Below, piece after piece: positions 52,655-63,096 of a DNA stretch of 64,000 bases. The first letter of the stretch is position 1. Every line of letters starts with the position of its first letter. The notes beneath the pieces were generated by a model, which saw nothing but the letters and a program-made list of their open reading frames with translations, did no database searches and had not been told where the DNA came from. This DNA is from an uncultured Chloroflexia bacterium (GTDB lineage: Bacteria > Chloroflexota > Ktedonobacteria > Ktedonobacterales > JADMIN01). The position numbers were made by a program, and so were the translations under genes. Location: positions 16,363-80,362 of the forward strand of contig CAWENW010000009.1 in the NCBI GenBank assembly GCA_963810535.1, read 5' to 3'.

Positions 52655-54658
52655 ATGCGAGCATCTGGGGAGGTAGCGGAGCAGCCGGCGGAGCATGCTC
52701 ACGGTGCCGAGACGCCGGAAGAGGTCTACCAGGAACGGTGCCAAAGCTACGGCGAAAAACAGGAGCATTATAATCAGCTCAGCCAGCAGACCGGCGTCAG
52801 GAACGTGGTTCTCTTCTTCGCCGCGGCGTTCTGCCTCTTCATAGCCGGATTCGGCGGCAGCTGGATCTTCTTCATCTTCTCACTGGCGCTCTTTGTCGCC
52901 TTTGTAGTCTCGTTCCTGCGCCTGGGCAAGATTAACCTCGAGGTCAAACGCTACCGCGAGTACGTCAAGATCAACACTGAGGGACTGAGCCGGCTCGATC
53001 GTGACTGGGCCTCCCTGCCGCTCCGGCAGCCCAAAGATGACGCCTCCGCCCAGCCGTATGCCGCCGATCTGGACCTGCTGGGACGCGCCTCACTTCAACA
53101 CCTGCTGAGCACCCCCACCACGGGCAATGGGCTGACCAACCTGCGGAACTGGCTGCTGCAGCCCGCCGCCGCCGCCGAGATACGCGAGCGGCAGAAGGTA
53201 GTGGCTGAGCTTGCGCCACTGATTGATTTTCGCGACGAATTCGAGTTGAGCGGCCGGCTCATGGGCGACGCCTCTGAGAGTGTCTACCAGGTATTTCTGC
53301 GGTGGGCGGAGAGTGAGCCGTGGCTGCTCCACCGACCCGCTCTGATCTGGCTCAGCCGCCTGCTTCCGGTCGCGACCGTTCTGCTGCTGGTTGGACAATT
53401 GACCGGCCTCGTGCCCTATCCTTTCTGGCTCGCCCCCCTTGCCCTCAACGTACTCATCTCTCAGGCACAGGGCAAGGTGGTTGAGGAGCTCCTCGACCAG
53501 GTCTCCGATCGGCAACGAGTCTTCCAGCCCTATAGCGATCTCTTTGCATTGGTGGTGCAGCAGGGCTTCACCGCTCCCCGGCTGCGTGATCTGGTCGACC
53601 GTTTGAGCGACGGCGGGCGCCGAGCCGACGAGCAGATGGGCCGGCTCGCGCGAATCTTGCAGTTTGGCGATCTGCGCCGGTCACTCATCTTCCCTGCGAT
53701 TCAGGCGGTACTGCTCTGGAATTTCCACACCCTCTGGCTGCTGGAGCGGTGGCAGCGGGACTGCGGCGACTACGCGCGTAACTGGCTGGACGCGCTCGGC
53801 ACTATGGAGGCGTATTCCGCGCTGGCGACCCTTGCCTATGACCACCCCGCCTGGGCGTTCCCCGAGGTGACCGATGGCAGAGCAGGGAAGAAGTCTCAGA
53901 GTGGTCCGATTCTGGAGGCGCGCGACCTCGGGCATCCACTGCTACCCGATCATCTCTGTGTCGGCAACGACGTCAGTATCGGGCCGGCGGGTACGTTTCT
54001 GCTGGTAACCGGATCCAACATGTCGGGGAAGAGCACTCTGCTGCGGGCCATTGGGGTCAATGTGGTGCTGGCGCAGGCTGGTGCCCCGGTCTGCGCCTCC
54101 TGGCTCCGGCTGGCCCCGGTGACGCTGGCGACCAGCATTCGCGTGCAGGACTCGCTGGAACAGGGGGTCTCCTACTATATGGCCGAGCTGCAGCGGCTCA
54201 AGCTGGTGGTCGACGACGCGATTGACGCGCAGGAGGCCGGTGATCGGGTACTTCTCTTCCTGCTGGATGAGATTCTGCACGGCACCAACACGAGCGAACG
54301 CCAGATTGCCGCCCGGCACATCATCGGGTATCTGCTGACTATCGGCGCCACCGGAGTGGTGTCAACTCACGACCTGACGCTGGCCGACTCGCCCGAGTTC
54401 ACCAAGCAGAGCACGCTGGTGCATTTTACCGAGCACTTTGAGCGGGGTGAAGACGGCCGGCCGGTTATGTCTTTCGATTACCAGCTCAGGCCCGGCCTGG
54501 CCACCTCTACCAACGCGCTCAAGCTTATGGAGATCGTCGGGCTGCCGCTTCCGGCTGCCGAGGACGATACGGCAGCAGAGCCGCAGCCGCAGCTGTCGTC
54601 TCAGGTGGAGACTGGAAGCCGCAATCTTCGGGGCTCAGTTTCCAAAGATACTCCCTAG
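52655..54658 (+). CDS. MutS-family ATPase paralogue with N-terminal transmembrane segment
   Basis: C-terminal MutS domain V: GSNMSGKSTLLRAIG, LLDEILHGTN, STHD. The N-terminus has two TM helices. No Smr domain seen. Confidence 0.8.
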   Translation: MRASGEVAEQPAEHAHGAETPEEVYQERCQSYGEKQEHYNQLSQQTGVRNVVLFFAAAFCLFIAGFGGSWIFFIFSLALFVAFVVSFLRLGKINLEVKRYREYVKINTEGLSRLDRDWASLPLRQPKDDASAQPYAADLDLLGRASLQHLLSTPTTGNGLTNLRNWLLQPAAAAEIRERQKVVAELAPLIDFRDEFELSGRLMGDASESVYQVFLRWAESEPWLLHRPALIWLSRLLPVATVLLLVGQLTGLVPYPFWLAPLALNVLISQAQGKVVEELLDQVSDRQRVFQPYSDLFALVVQQGFTAPRLRDLVDRLSDGGRRADEQMGRLARILQFGDLRRSLIFPAIQAVLLWNFHTLWLLERWQRDCGDYARNWLDALGTMEAYSALATLAYDHPAWAFPEVTDGRAGKKSQSGPILEARDLGHPLLPDHLCVGNDVSIGPAGTFLLVTGSNMSGKSTLLRAIGVNVVLAQAGAPVCASWLRLAPVTLATSIRVQDSLEQGVSYYMAELQRLKLVVDDAIDAQEAGDRVLLFLLDEILHGTNTSERQIAARHIIGYLLTIGATGVVSTHDLTLADSPEFTKQSTLVHFTEHFERGEDGRPVMSFDYQLRPGLATSTNALKLMEIVGLPLPAAEDDTAAEPQPQLSSQVETGSRNLRGSVSKDTP

Positions 54659-55411
54659 GTTGAAGCCTGGCGTCTGGCTTGCGACGTTCTGGTCGTCGGC
54701 GCCGGTGGGCATATGCATGTACATAGACTGTATCCCTACTCGCCCCGGTCCGGTGAAGCGATTGAAGACCAGGTTGCCGGAGCCGCCGAATATGCCGGTC
54801 TTGAGCCCGTACACCATCGGATCCATCCGTACGGTCTCATCTCGGTAGATCCAGCCGCCGGGCTCGATATCGATCTCTTCGCCCTGGGCCAGCACCTTCT
54901 CGAAGACGTTGCCGTAGCCATGGAGCCAGACTACCCCTTCACTCTGGGTCGCGGCAAATCGATCGACGAAGAATCCAGTGGAGCCGAGCAGCATATTGCC
55001 GATGCCTTGCTGGCGCGAGAAGCCGTAATCCAGGTTTCCGGTCGCCGCAAGATACTGATGCTCGCGTACCTCGATAGCGGCGCCCGGCTGCAGATGAATG
55101 GGAAAGACGTGTCCGGCGCCGTCGCGGGAGAATGCGACTTCACCGGGGCCACGAGCCTCGGTGAGGAAGATGGGCATGCCGGCGATCATACGCTTAAACA
55201 TTCCCTTCATCTGGTGTAGACCTATGGTGAGCCCCGGATCTTTCCAGAGCACCACGTGATGCTCGAAGATGATGGGAACGGTGCCGTCAAGCCAGACGTG
55301 CAGCACCGGTACCAGCTCACCTTGTATATGGTAGCTCAGGCCGGGGGCCTTGCCGTCGAGAACGCTGGTGGGCAGGAGCTGGGGGGGATTTGCTTGGTAC
55401 TGATAGCCCAT
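54635..55411 (-). CDS. AIM24 family protein (TIGR00266/DUF124)
   Basis: YHIQGELVPVLHV.L.., GPGEVAF, IEPGGWIY, GPGRVGIQSM. ATG at 55411 preferred to the listed longer ORF. Confidence 0.75.
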   Translation of the reverse strand: MGYQYQANPPQLLPTSVLDGKAPGLSYHIQGELVPVLHVWLDGTVPIIFEHHVVLWKDPGLTIGLHQMKGMFKRMIAGMPIFLTEARGPGEVAFSRDGAGHVFPIHLQPGAAIEVREHQYLAATGNLDYGFSRQQGIGNMLLGSTGFFVDRFAATQSEGVVWLHGYGNVFEKVLAQGEEIDIEPGGWIYRDETVRMDPMVYGLKTGIFGGSGNLVFNRFTGPGRVGIQSMYMHMPTGADDQNVASQTPGFNLGSIFGN

Positions 55412-55704
55412 AGGGTGTATGCCTTTCTCCGTAATCGCGCCGGCGCACGCTGGATCGAGGGCGCCGGTGCCGAGGCCGGCGCATTCACAGTGGCATACGC
55501 TCGCCACGCGCCAGCGGTTGCAACCGATACCAACTGCCGCTGGCCGGCGCGTAGTTACCATGAGCGGCATATTCACAAAGTCCCAAGTTTACCCGCTACA
55601 GCGGCATGATACAATAGCCTCAATGCCGTATCATTCGACTCGTGTGATTCGTTGCAACAGTTAGGCGACGTGAGCGCGAGCAGGGGACCTGAGCCCTTAG
55701 CGTC

Positions 55705-56367
55705 TTGCCGGGGGGAGGAGATCGGGTGGTGGGCGATAAGATCATACAAACGGCCGGACTACTGGTAAAACATGTCCTCGGAGTGTTCCTGCTTGCCTGG
55801 CAGCGAATGGCGCGTGCGGCCCTTATTGCCTTCGTCGTCGGGTTCCTGCTGGTCGAGATCGTTGGCGCCGTCTTCCTGGGATTCTTTCCGGCCTCCACAC
55901 TGACCCATGTGGTAGCGCTGATCTTCGCGCTGGCGGCGGCATACGCGGTCTCGCTGACCGTGTTTATCGACGAGCTGGTCATCGGCGCCATCGATTTGAT
56001 CAAGCTGCTCGAGGGTGACGCTTATGCCGACGCGCGGGCAATGGCCGCCGCCGCTGAGCGACACGCCGGCGAGAGAGGCAGCGGCCTCATGCGGTGGCTG
56101 GGCCACCGGCCGGCGGCTCCGCCAGAGGTCGCGGAGCAGCGGCGCCAGACGCGGGCCGACATCGACGCCACGGAAGTCTTCGTGAGCACGGCGCCACGCC
56201 AGCGCGTTAACGCCCGTCCAGTTGAAGCGAGCCAGCTACCTCGCATTACCTGGGCAATGGAGCAGCTGGATCACCAGGAGCAGGATCAGCCCGTGAAGCC
56301 GCGGGTGACGCGGGTGCTCGACCAACGATGGAACAGGTGCTGGACCAACCGATGGAGCAGGTGCTAG
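55705..56367 (+). CDS. hypothetical membrane protein; reading frame probably continues past 56367 after an indel
   Basis: Three TM helices. The 3' end carries an imperfect direct repeat (CCAACGATGGAACAGGTGCTGGA / CCAACCGATGGAGCAGGTGCTAGA). If the first unit had the extra C, it would read VLDQPMEQVLDQPMEQVLEL... in another frame. Confidence 0.5.
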   Translation: MPGGGDRVVGDKIIQTAGLLVKHVLGVFLLAWQRMARAALIAFVVGFLLVEIVGAVFLGFFPASTLTHVVALIFALAAAYAVSLTVFIDELVIGAIDLIKLLEGDAYADARAMAAAAERHAGERGSGLMRWLGHRPAAPPEVAEQRRQTRADIDATEVFVSTAPRQRVNARPVEASQLPRITWAMEQLDHQEQDQPVKPRVTRVLDQRWNRCWTNRWSRC

Positions 56368-56740
56368 AGCTAGCCGCGGTGGCGCCGTTAGCCGCTCCAC
56401 GCGCGTCTCCGACAGGACAGGCGGCAACTCCGGAGCTGGAGTTACCCTCCGCGCCGAAGATGGAGTTCCCTCCGCGCCGTTACCTCCTCTGGAACCAGCG
56501 GTGACGGCCACGCTGGCCGCGACACGCGAGCCCGCGACACGTGAGCCAATGCCCGAGCTGCGGGCGCGGGTGACGCGTCCGATCACGCGGCCACTAGACG
56601 GGGAGAGCGCCTCCGGCACCATAGAGGGGCAGCGGAGCATCTGGTCCCGCATCAGCAAGACGCTGGTGGGTAGTGTACATCCTCCACTTGAGGACGGTGG
56701 CGACACCGAATCAGGCGGCGAGTAATAAAAGGAGCTTTCA

Positions 56741-58216
56741 ATGGAGAAAGAACGTAAGATTCGTGTGCTGGTGGCCAAACCGGGACTGGACGGCCACGAT
56801 CGCGGCGCCAAGATTATCGCGCGGGCGCTACGGGACGCCGGCATGGAGGTGATCTACACCGGTATCCGGCAGACACCCCCGATGATCGTGGAGGCGGCGA
56901 TACAGGAGGATGTGGACGCCGTCCTGATGAGCATTCTCTCCGGCGCTCATCTGGCTATTTTCCCCAAAGTGATGCAGATGCTGGCCGACAACGGCGTGGA
57001 CGACGTGCTGGTCATGGCCGGCGGCATCCTACCGGATGAGGATATTCCCGCCATCGAGCGATTGGGTATCAAAGGTAACTTCGGACCCGGCACCTCGATG
57101 TCCACCATCATCGACTTTGTACGGGCCAACATCAACCAGGAGCGACTCAAGCAGGAGCTTGCGCCGCTGCGCCAGAGTACCGACAGAGCCGCTGGCGACA
57201 TGGCAGCCCGAAACGTCCCCAGGTCAGGCGGCGAAGTAGCATGCCGACACAACCCATTGTTGAGCGATCTGCTTGCCGGCGACCGGCGTGCGCTGGCACG
57301 AGTAGTGACATTGATCGAGAGCAACGCCCCCGAGACCCGCAGCATTCTGGCGCAGTTGCATTCCTACGGCGGGCACGCGCACATCGTGGGGCTAACCGGC
57401 TCGCCGGGTGCCGGCAAGAGCACATTAGTGATGCAGCTGGGCCGGGAGCTGCGCCGCCGTGGGAAGCGCATCGGCGTCGTGGCGGTGGACCCGAGCAGCC
57501 CGTTTACTGGAGGCGCTATACTGGGAGACCGTATCCGCATGCAGGAGCTGGCCGGTGACCCCAACGTCTTCATTCGCAGCATGGCCAGCCGGGGCAGTCT
57601 CGGGGGACTGGCGCGGGCTACCCGCGATGTGGTGCGCGCGCTGGACGCCGCTGGATTCGACACCATTCTCATCGAGACCGTTGGCGCGGGCCAGGCGGAG
57701 GTGGAGATCGTGCGCGCCGCCCAGTCAGTGATCGTGGTGACCGTCCCTGGTATGGGCGACGACATACAGGCGATTAAGGCGGGCATCCTGGAGATCGCCG
57801 ACATCTTTGTGGTCAATAAGGCCGACCGGCCCGGAGCCGACCAGACGGCCGCCGAGCTCCGCATGCTGATGAGTCTGGATGAACGCCGCAAGGAGCACGT
57901 CTGGCGCGTTCCGATCGTCAAAACCTCAGCCTCTACCGGAGAGGGCATCGCCGAGCTGGCCGATAAGCTGGACGAGCACCTGGCGTCGCTGCGCGAGACC
58001 GGGCAGCTGGCTGCCCGCCACGGACACCAGGCACGTAGCGAGATGCTTGCGCTCCTGCATCAGGCTCTTCTGGAGAAGCTTGAGGCCACACTGACACCCG
58101 AGGATTGGGACCAACTGGTCGACGAGGTGGTCGAGCGGCACCTTGACCCCTACACCGCGGCCGAGGAGATCGCCCGGCGCATCGGGCTCTCACCCGAGGA
58201 ATCGAAACCCATATAA
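56741..58216 (+). CDS. cobalamin-binding domain fused to MeaB/ArgK-type G3E GTPase
   Basis: N-terminus [23 protein letters not shown] (B12-binding DxHxxG region). Then MeaB part: [42 protein letters not shown]. Confidence 0.85.
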   Translation: MEKERKIRVLVAKPGLDGHDRGAKIIARALRDAGMEVIYTGIRQTPPMIVEAAIQEDVDAVLMSILSGAHLAIFPKVMQMLADNGVDDVLVMAGGILPDEDIPAIERLGIKGNFGPGTSMSTIIDFVRANINQERLKQELAPLRQSTDRAAGDMAARNVPRSGGEVACRHNPLLSDLLAGDRRALARVVTLIESNAPETRSILAQLHSYGGHAHIVGLTGSPGAGKSTLVMQLGRELRRRGKRIGVVAVDPSSPFTGGAILGDRIRMQELAGDPNVFIRSMASRGSLGGLARATRDVVRALDAAGFDTILIETVGAGQAEVEIVRAAQSVIVVTVPGMGDDIQAIKAGILEIADIFVVNKADRPGADQTAAELRMLMSLDERRKEHVWRVPIVKTSASTGEGIAELADKLDEHLASLRETGQLAARHGHQARSEMLALLHQALLEKLEATLTPEDWDQLVDEVVERHLDPYTAAEEIARRIGLSPEESKPI

Positions 58217-58365
58217 CAAGCCGGAACACGTATCAGCGACCCCACCAGATAATGCAGTGACGCTACCGCCGCCAGGTCGTTTATTTAGCAGAATTACTTC
58301 ACGAGGTGTAGTGCGTGCGGCATCGGGGCTACTTGCCAGGATGACTCTGGAGAAGGAGGGAATTC

Positions 58366-59892
58366 GTGCTCCGTGTGGTCCACCGAAGTAGTGCCTGGTT
58401 GGGCAGATGGCTATTGGTAGCAGTAGCACTCAGCGTTGGCGCCGGGGTCTTCGTTACCCTACTACCAGTGCCGCCAACGACCCTGGCCGCCCCGTCGGGT
58501 GCCTTTCGGACGTCAAGCAGCGTCTCCTGCGGCGGTACCGCGAGCACTCATCTGGCGGTCCCCGCTTACCAATCGGGTGCGAGTATCCGGCTCAGCCATA
58601 CCAGTGGGCCGGCTCAGGCCGGGCTTTCGATCAGTGGCACCGGCTGGCCGGCGGGGGTCGACATTTCGATTGACGCCTATGGCGACAATAGCACTGGCCA
58701 ACTCGTACTCGGTCAGCTCGCAATTGTCCGCGCGACCACCGATGTGGAGGGCAGATTTCAGTCCGCATCGTTCGCGGCGCCTGCCATACAGTCTTGCTTT
58801 GAGACGGATCCGAGCTACGGCCAACCCGGCTCATTCGTGACCTTCGTGGCTCATACTAGCGACAACATCGTGAGCGCTGAGGCGCGTTACCACTACCTGG
58901 ATGTGTTCCTCAGCTCTCCCGACACGCCCGAACTGGGCGTCCTGCCGGGCAGCGTCATTCCTATCGCGGGAAAGACCTGGATACCAGACGGACAAATCAC
59001 TGTGACTACTCTTCTGTTGCAGTCTGACCCAAACAGCACGAGCGCTCAATCGTTGGGAAAGCCGCCGGTGCATCTCACGACCGATGGGCAGGGAGCGTTT
59101 ACTATCGACGTCGTCGTACCGGGCAATCTCACGCCACAGGACGCGTTGGAAGTGTATGCCAGTGAGTTCGATCCTGGCTACGGAAACATCGATGCATCTC
59201 CGCTGATATTCGACGTCCTGCCCGATCTGGTGCCGACCTTCATTGCCAATTTCGTAGAAGGCTACCCTGGATCTACGGTGACGCTGACAGGCACCAACTG
59301 GCTTTCTGGTACGGTTATCGCCGAATACTGTCGAGGGCAGACGCTGGGTGGAGATATTCTGGTTCGCCAGTGGCTGATGGGGACTGCGCCGCTCAGCTGT
59401 AATCCCGAACTTTCACAAGGGCTCGGCTCCATATCAGTCCACAGCGGAGACTTCCGCATCAAGGTAACCATACCGGAGAACGCCCGTCCCGGCCCAATAA
59501 CCATACAGGTGCGTGCCGATAGCGATATCTGGCCCGCCATCTACGTGTTGGGAATACCTTTTACCGTTCTGGCGCCCTGGCAGCTCGTGCATCCACGCCT
59601 CGCCAACATCGTCCACGTCGCAGAGGTGGCGCTTCCGATCGTCCTGCTTGTCGCAGCCGGAGTTGCGGCTGTGGCGCTCTGGCAGCGCCGCCGGAGGCGG
59701 CGACGTGCTGCTCGAGGCCCGCTCCTCGCGAGTGGTACACCAGCGCCGGCATTCATGAGTGACCGTGTGGTATGTGAGACAGATGGTTTTTCGGGAGGAC
59801 GTCATGCAGGACTGGAACGAGCAGCAGCTGGAATGGATAGCGCGGCAGCAGCAGCTGGCGATCTGGCTCGCAACCCCGGGCAGCGAGAGTGA
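58366..59892 (+). CDS. hypothetical secreted protein with C-terminal TM anchor and poly-Arg stop-transfer
   Basis: Signal-like N-terminus, a 400-aa beta-rich region, then LPIVLLVAAGVAAVALWQRRRRRRRAA. The 3' tail overlaps the next gene and may be over-extended. Confidence 0.55.
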   Translation: MLRVVHRSSAWLGRWLLVAVALSVGAGVFVTLLPVPPTTLAAPSGAFRTSSSVSCGGTASTHLAVPAYQSGASIRLSHTSGPAQAGLSISGTGWPAGVDISIDAYGDNSTGQLVLGQLAIVRATTDVEGRFQSASFAAPAIQSCFETDPSYGQPGSFVTFVAHTSDNIVSAEARYHYLDVFLSSPDTPELGVLPGSVIPIAGKTWIPDGQITVTTLLLQSDPNSTSAQSLGKPPVHLTTDGQGAFTIDVVVPGNLTPQDALEVYASEFDPGYGNIDASPLIFDVLPDLVPTFIANFVEGYPGSTVTLTGTNWLSGTVIAEYCRGQTLGGDILVRQWLMGTAPLSCNPELSQGLGSISVHSGDFRIKVTIPENARPGPITIQVRADSDIWPAIYVLGIPFTVLAPWQLVHPRLANIVHVAEVALPIVLLVAAGVAAVALWQRRRRRRRAARGPLLASGTPAPAFMSDRVVCETDGFSGGRHAGLERAAAGMDSAAAAAGDLARNPGQRE

Positions 59893-60487
59893 AGCGCTCT
59901 CATTGGCGCTACGCCAGCACGCTCAGGTGCACAGCGCCGCGCGCTCCACAGACGGTCTATACTCCTTCGAGGATGAGGTGCTGGACGGACTCGGCGACGA
60001 AGATCTGCGCCGCACCCCAGCGGGCGCAGTAAACTCAATAGCGTGGCTGCTCTGGCATTGCGCGCGCATCGAGGACGTCACCACCACGATGCTGATCGCC
60101 GACCAGCCGCAGGTGCTGGAGCGCGAACCATGGCAGAGTCGTCTGCTGATTGCCGCGGTCGATGTAGGAACCGGCATGGGCGACACCCAGGTCGCCGGCG
60201 TGACTCAGCGAATCGACCTACCTGCGCTGCGTGAATACCGCCAGGCGGTCGGCGACAGCACTCGCCAGATTCTGCAAGAGCTGACGCCGGAGCGCCTCCA
60301 CGCCGCGGTGAGCTCGGCGCCGATCGCGCGCTTGAAGGCGTGTGGAGCGCTAGGTCCGGGTGGCGAGGAGCTGGCCGACATCTGGGGAAGCTGGACGATC
60401 TCCGATCTGGTGCGACAGCCGGCCATTCGCCACAGCTTCGTGCACTTGATCGAAGCGTTTGAACTGAAGCAGCGAATGCCTGGCTAG
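59804..60487 (+). CDS. DinB-family protein
   Basis: SIAWLLWHCARIEDV and C-terminal HSFVHLIEA are consistent with the DinB/YfiT helical bundle His triad. Start uncertain. Confidence 0.6.
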   Translation: MQDWNEQQLEWIARQQQLAIWLATPGSESEALSLALRQHAQVHSAARSTDGLYSFEDEVLDGLGDEDLRRTPAGAVNSIAWLLWHCARIEDVTTTMLIADQPQVLEREPWQSRLLIAAVDVGTGMGDTQVAGVTQRIDLPALREYRQAVGDSTRQILQELTPERLHAAVSSAPIARLKACGALGPGGEELADIWGSWTISDLVRQPAIRHSFVHLIEAFELKQRMPG

Positions 60488-60610
60488 TTTAGCGTTCAAC
60501 AGTAATTACCGTCGCTTTTGTCTCTTCACGCGTTGAGGGGAATGTGTAAGATGCTGGTTCCTGGGACGTGATTGCAGCAAGGTGAGTCCCGTCTTGCTGT
60601 ACCAAGACCG

Positions 60611-61447
60611 TCACGAGCTTTCTGCAAGCAGCTGTTGTAACTTGAAACGGGTCTCTGGCAAGGCGACGAAGACTTTCAGATGTACATCCGGCGCAATCGG
60701 GGTCAGGAAGGTGAGATGATCAAATGCCAACTCGCCCATCTGCGGATCGGTCAGGGTTCGTGTTCCGTCTGGCAACATCTGCACCTGCTGTTGCTCCCAC
60801 CACCGACAAAAGTGTTCACTGACTCGCTGTAGATCTGCCAGCAACTTCTGAAACGCTGGGTCAGCGGGATAGCGCACGTAGGCCGCACGAAAGGCGGCCG
60901 CGTAGTTTTGGGCGAGCCGCACCCAATCTGGGTCGTGCGGCTGCGCTTCACGGGCATAGAAGCGCCAGATCACGTTCCGGGAGTGCGGCGGGGAGGGATC
61001 ATCGAAATGAAACAACAGCCTGGCAGCCTGATTCCAGGCGAGAGCATCCCAGCGCCGCCCGATGGCAAACGCGGGATGGGGATCCAACGCCTCCACGACG
61101 CGTTGTAAGGCCGGCGTGATCTGGTCGGCTTCTCCGGCAATGACGGAGGTGGATTCTTGGTGCGCCAGATAGAACAGATGCTGCTCTTCGGCTGGGGTAA
61201 GGTGGAGCGCTTTGGCAATGTTTGCCAGCACACTGCGTGAGGGATGCACATCGCGCCCTTGCTCAAGTAAGGTATACCACGATATGCCTACGTTAGCTAA
61301 TTCCGCCACCTCTTCGCGTCGCAACCCTGGGGTCCGGCGTCGGGGACGGGCAGGCAATCCTACCTCATCCGGCTGAAGCCGTTCGCGCCGTGTGCGTAAA
61401 AAGTCTGCCAATGCTTGACGCCGTGCTGTCTCATCAATTGGGAACAT
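60611..61447 (-). CDS. MmyB-like helix-turn-helix transcriptional regulator
   Basis: LADFLRTRRERLQPDEVGLP...GLRREEVAELANVGISWYTLLEQGR is the MmyB/XRE N-terminal signature. ATG at 61447 preferred. Confidence 0.8.
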   Translation of the reverse strand: MFPIDETARRQALADFLRTRRERLQPDEVGLPARPRRRTPGLRREEVAELANVGISWYTLLEQGRDVHPSRSVLANIAKALHLTPAEEQHLFYLAHQESTSVIAGEADQITPALQRVVEALDPHPAFAIGRRWDALAWNQAARLLFHFDDPSPPHSRNVIWRFYAREAQPHDPDWVRLAQNYAAAFRAAYVRYPADPAFQKLLADLQRVSEHFCRWWEQQQVQMLPDGTRTLTDPQMGELAFDHLTFLTPIAPDVHLKVFVALPETRFKLQQLLAESS

Positions 61448-61553
61448 CCTTAGCCTACTAGTGGGAATCATATGATAGATGGGCATCTGGTTCTCGGATA
61501 CATCTCCCCGTATCATAGTCGATGGTGTGATTAACGACAAGGGAGGCAATACG

Positions 61554-62528
61554 ATGATTCTGATTCTTGGCGGGCTGGGGTTTGTAGGGGCGAATACGAC
61601 TCAGGCACTACTGGAGCTGGGCGAAGAGTGTGTGCTCACGCAGCACCAGACAACCCGCGTCCCGGCATTCCTGCAAGACGCAATCGGGAAACGGATCTTC
61701 ATTGAACCCCTGGACATCACCAATGTGCAGGCGCTCCGCAATCTGGGCAAGCAGTACCCAATGACAGGCATCATCCACCTGGCGACTGGTGGATTGCCGA
61801 TGGGGCCGGGAGCGTCAGCGCTGGACCTGGTACAGGATGTCCAAATGACGCTGGCTAGCATTGCCGCGGTGTTTCAGGTCGCTCAGGAGTGGCAGGTCAA
61901 GCGTGTGTTACTGGCCAGCGCGCCAGTGGTGTATAACGGGATCACCGCCCTGCCGTGGCGCGAGGATCAGCCCCTTCCGATGACGGCGATGTTCTCCATG
62001 GAGGTTGCCAAGAAATGCGGCGAGCTGGTGGCGAGCTACCTAGCGCGCCACACGCAGGTGGCATCGGTAGAAATGCGACTCGCGGGGATGTATGGGCCTA
62101 ACTATGACGTCACTCGCAGTTCGCTGGCGGGGCGATTGGTCCACGCTGCGGTCACGGGCGGCCAACCCAACCTGGATGGTATGCGGTTTGGGTCGGTCTT
62201 TGCGCAGGATGGGGGCGATCTGTGCTATATCAAAGACGCGGCGCGTGCGATTGCGCTGCTCCAGACCACTACGACCCTCAAACAGCCAGTCTACAATATT
62301 GGGAGCGGGCGTGCTACAACCAATCAGCAGATCGTGGAGGCGATTGGGCAGGTGGTTCCCCGTTTTGCCGCGGAGCTGCCTTCCCGCCCGCTCGCCGATG
62401 GACCAGCCCCCGGATGGCACTTTGATATCACCGCCCTGCGTGAGGACACGGGTTTTGCGCCACAATTTGACATTGAGGCCGGTATTGCTGACTATATCGA
62501 CTGGTTACGGGCTGGGAACGAGCGGTAA
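61554..62528 (+). CDS. NAD-dependent epimerase/dehydratase family protein
   Basis: MILILGGLGFVGAN Rossmann motif. AAGGGAGG RBS upstream of the ATG at 61554. Divergent from the MmyB-like regulator. Confidence 0.8.
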   Translation: MILILGGLGFVGANTTQALLELGEECVLTQHQTTRVPAFLQDAIGKRIFIEPLDITNVQALRNLGKQYPMTGIIHLATGGLPMGPGASALDLVQDVQMTLASIAAVFQVAQEWQVKRVLLASAPVVYNGITALPWREDQPLPMTAMFSMEVAKKCGELVASYLARHTQVASVEMRLAGMYGPNYDVTRSSLAGRLVHAAVTGGQPNLDGMRFGSVFAQDGGDLCYIKDAARAIALLQTTTTLKQPVYNIGSGRATTNQQIVEAIGQVVPRFAAELPSRPLADGPAPGWHFDITALREDTGFAPQFDIEAGIADYIDWLRAGNER

Positions 62529-62685
62529 CGTTTGTAGGATGCATCCCGTTGTTGAGTCGGATTCCTACATAGAATCTACATAGACATGTCGTGTCGTAAC
62601 GCTTGCCGTAACGAATACCGAATACGCCCCGAGCTATAGTTGCAGCAGAACAAGACCAATGCTCACTGACCAGAGGAGGTCTACA

Positions 62686-63096
62686 ATGCGCAACACACTC
62701 GCTCGGGACGTCGTTTCGACACCGCCCGAGAACAGCACCCCTACTCGTTCTGTCGTCGTCAACCACATGTCCAGCATCCATCGCACCATCGCCCGGGTGC
62801 TGCTTGGCGGCATTGCAGTGCAATTCTTCTTTGCCGGCCTCGGTGTCTTCGGTGTCACCAGCTTCCTTCCCCACGTGATATTTGGATCTCTGATAGTGCT
62901 GGCTTCGTTCGCACTGCCCATCATTGCCTGGCGCGGGCGTCTCGCCGCCGGAATCCAGCGACGCTCGTGGCTGCTGGCGGGGCTTATGATCTTACAGGGA
63001 CTCTTGATCGATGCCGGACATCTGATTCCTCTTATTTCGGCGTTTCATCCAGTCAATGCCATGCTCATCGCACTCCTCACCTTCACCCTGATATAG
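62686..63096 (+). CDS. hypothetical membrane protein (4 TM)
   Basis: AGAGGAGG RBS before the ATG at 62686; hydrophobic helices throughout. Confidence 0.55.
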   Translation: MRNTLARDVVSTPPENSTPTRSVVVNHMSSIHRTIARVLLGGIAVQFFFAGLGVFGVTSFLPHVIFGSLIVLASFALPIIAWRGRLAAGIQRRSWLLAGLMILQGLLIDAGHLIPLISAFHPVNAMLIALLTFTLI

